The notes beneath the pieces are model-generated. The model was not told the DNA's origin and made no database searches. It was given only the letters and a program-made list of their open reading frames with translations. A stretch of DNA of 63,218 bases, filler included, from Octopus bimaculoides (Eukaryota), in assembly GCF_001194135.2 (NCBI RefSeq). It is 4 parts of 3 records of this genome, joined end to end, with 100 filler letters (N's around TTAATTAATTAA, not from the genome) between each part and the next. Parts side by side here need not be neighbours in the genome. Positions count along the whole stretch, not along the records: positions 56,952 to 63,218 come from NC_069004.1; 3 more parts are not named here. One strand, written 5' to 3'. Below, piece after piece: positions 60,640 to 63,218 of this stretch. Every line of letters starts with the position of its first letter. Within the stretch, counting starts at the first letter, position 1. The position numbers and the translations under genes were made by a program.

Positions 60640-60890
60640 GGATAGATATATGCATATATACATACATATATATATTCAGACTGACACATACATATTGTGT
60701 GTGTGCGTGCGTGCGTGTGTGTTTGTGTATGTGTGTGTGTGTGTGTGAGTTTGTTTGTCTTTGCAATTTCGCTACTATTACAATGAAAGGTTTATGTGAT
60801 CCGTGCCATTGCTAGAACAACCATTTGCTTAACAAGGTTTACAGAAGTGACGTAAATACACGCAATATAAGATGTGTGTATATATAAGCG

Positions 60891-60940
<50 letters not shown>

Positions 60941-61597
60941 TATACACATACATATACCTGAAAAAGGCAATTGATATGATTATAGCTTCGGAAGGTCATG
61001 TTTGTTCCCAGAGTGGCATAAAATGAACACCTCTATTTACAACACTTTCGTCTTCTCATGCTTATTCTGCTGCTATGAATGATAAACACCATTTAAGAAA
61101 CATCAAAATCTTTTGGAACTTCTACATCAACGTTGCCATCCACGTTGTTCTGAGCATTCGTTTGGTTCTATAAATCCTGTCACTGTAATGTTGGAGAAGT
61201 GTTGCCACGGCTAGAGTAAAGATGTGTATATGTTGGGTCGTCAAATAAATTCGTTCCTTTTTTTTCTTTCCCAAATTTATTTGAACCCTCATTTTTCATC
61301 AACAATTATAACATTTTCATAAATCAAAATTTAAAAGCGATAAACAAAACTGTAACGGCAGACTAGAGCAACAGAACGCCCCATAAAACACTGATAAAAA
61401 TATTGTTTATTCAATTAACGTTGGAAAGAAACGAACCAATTTAGCAGACAGCCGCAACAAATAGACATAAATTAATATAGATTGGAAACTTAGACGCAGT
61501 GATAACTGCTCCAGAGTGAGCTATGAGAAGGAAAATACACAGAACACAAGCTTAAGTTATATTTCAAAGATTTTGTTTTTGACTGATCGTCTTCAAT

Positions 61598-61738
61598 AGG
61601 CCCAGGCGTGGCAGTTTGATAAGAAGCTTGTCTACCAATCACATGGTTCCGAGGTCAGTCCTACTGCGTGGCACCTTAGGCGAGTGTCTTCTACTATAGC
61701 CTTGAGACGACCAAGTTCTTGCGAGTTGAAGAAGACTG

Positions 61739-61740
<2 letters not shown>
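61598..61740 (+). mobile_element. SINE family A, head fragment
   Basis: AGGCGTGGCAGTTTGATAAGAAGCTTG...CTGCGTGGCACCTTAGGCGAGTGTCTTCTACTATAGCC. Confidence 0.82.
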
Positions 61741-61776
<36 letters not shown>

Positions 61777-63185
61777 TAATGAGGGTAGAAATTGATATTA
61801 ATCAATTAAAACCAGTAGTCTAGCATATTAAAAAATCTGAAGATTCAAATTATATTACATACAAAAATAAGAGGAATGGCCAGCAAAAGTGGACTCCTAT
61901 ATGCTAGAAATAGATGCCGAATCATCTAATCACGAAAAATATGTTCTCAGTAAAAATTTAGTGACACAACAGACTGTAAAAGGGTAAGACAGATGAAAAA
62001 CTCCTAAATAAAAAACGATTAACCTACGTACCATAGTTTCACCTGTTAAAATTTACATAAGTAAATATCTGCAGGATCATCAGCGTAGTCTGTCGATTTA
62101 TAAAATAAAAAATTTCCAGAACTAGACACAAGACGTCCACCCGAAAGGGAGCACGTGTCGCTAAATTTTTACTGAGAACATATATACCATAGCTATATAT
62201 ATAACTATGGTATATACTGAGGAAACACAGCTAGATCTCATAATACTGGAAAGCATTTGCATAATGAAGTACTTGCGCATCTGAAGGACTACGTTGCGTG
62301 GAAACACTTGTGGTGATTAGAAAATAAATGTCCAACCGTACCCTTTCTTGCTGACTCCAATTTTTTCAATATTAATAAGGAGTTAATATTCAAATGCAAA
62401 CATTTACATAGATATTATTGTTATTATTGTCTGCGGTAAATATAGATAATTGACAATAACAGCAACAATAATATAGGTGATTGCAGGCATTAAATAGCTA
62501 TAGAATTTATATTTTATTAAAGAGAAATTTAGAACGGTTTTCATAATTCTTTCTTCAATAGGCACAAGGCCCGAAATTTTTGGGGAGGAGGCTAGTCGAT
62601 TACATCGATCGCGGTCCTCAAATAGTCCCAGTCCTCAAAAACCTCAGTTACGTTAGTGTGATCATATTTAATAAAACCAGGTTTAAAAGGCCTTCTATAA
62701 ATAATTATACTGTGTTTTTAAAAAATCAGTATTAATGAAGACTAATATTGATATTTAATTAATCATTACTTGCTTATATGCTTGTACAGCAACAAATTAA
62801 TATTCCCTTGCCTTCAGTTCTGCACTTACGAATTTGCGGGCCTTTGATGACCGGCCTTGGGAAACTTCGGCAAATGATGTGCTGTTGCACTGAACCTACT
62901 TAAACTATTTAGGATTATAAACACAGTGAGACAGAATTTACGCTATTTCTAAACAGAACATAACATCAAGCTGACTTTATCTCTGTTTCTGTGCGTCGTT
63001 TATTAGATTTGATAAATAAGAGCAGAAACTATCATTGTAAATTGAAAATTGCAATGAGATTAAATCAGACGACTGCAAAAAAAAAAGAAAAAAGAAAATT
63101 GGAGAAAAATTAACATCCTTAGTGGCTTTGAAGTGCCCAGTTAGAAGAACCGGTGTCTGTCTAATTGTCCGTCTGTCTGTCCGTC

Positions 63186-63218
<33 letters not shown>

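Noticed and set aside
1499-60815. Long ORFs in the supplied track (poly-X, HTHT, YIYI, poly-D/H/T/M)
   Set aside because: They are translations of N gaps and microsatellites, with no codon or domain support.
1-63218. CRISPR arrays, rRNA, intact tRNA genes, prokaryotic operons
   Set aside because: None seen; the DNA is eukaryotic and repeat-rich, and the tRNA-like sequences are decayed or are SINE heads.

Overview
AT-rich, microsatellite-dense animal DNA. Its SINE, RTE and mariner repertoire looks like octopus or another cephalopod (inference from recalled repeat sequences, not a search). The window is four contigs (1-29715, 29816-46850, 46952-56851, 56952-63218; the third starts at about 46951) joined by identical 100-bp synthetic linkers (N44-TTAATTAATTAA-N44), and it has many other N gaps. 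Almost all supplied ORFs are microsatellite or N artefacts, or transposon fragments. Supportable content: (1) three phase-consistent minus-strand exons (36795-36707, 34289-34197, 29873-29831) that splice into a peptide resembling the membrane-adjacent domain of CDH23-type cadherins, plus several weaker exon candidates on both strands; (2) decayed DD37D (maT) and DD34D mariner transposons, RTE, CR1-like, Tx1, RLE (R4/Dong-like) and Penelope-like retroelement fragments, tRNA-derived SINEs and an LTR-like repeat pair; (3) a dispersed set of type-I hammerhead-ribozyme-like motifs, one of which (46788-46742, minus strand) folds into a complete hammerhead with a compensatory U3-A8 core pair. All alignments and folds were done by eye and need computational confirmation.
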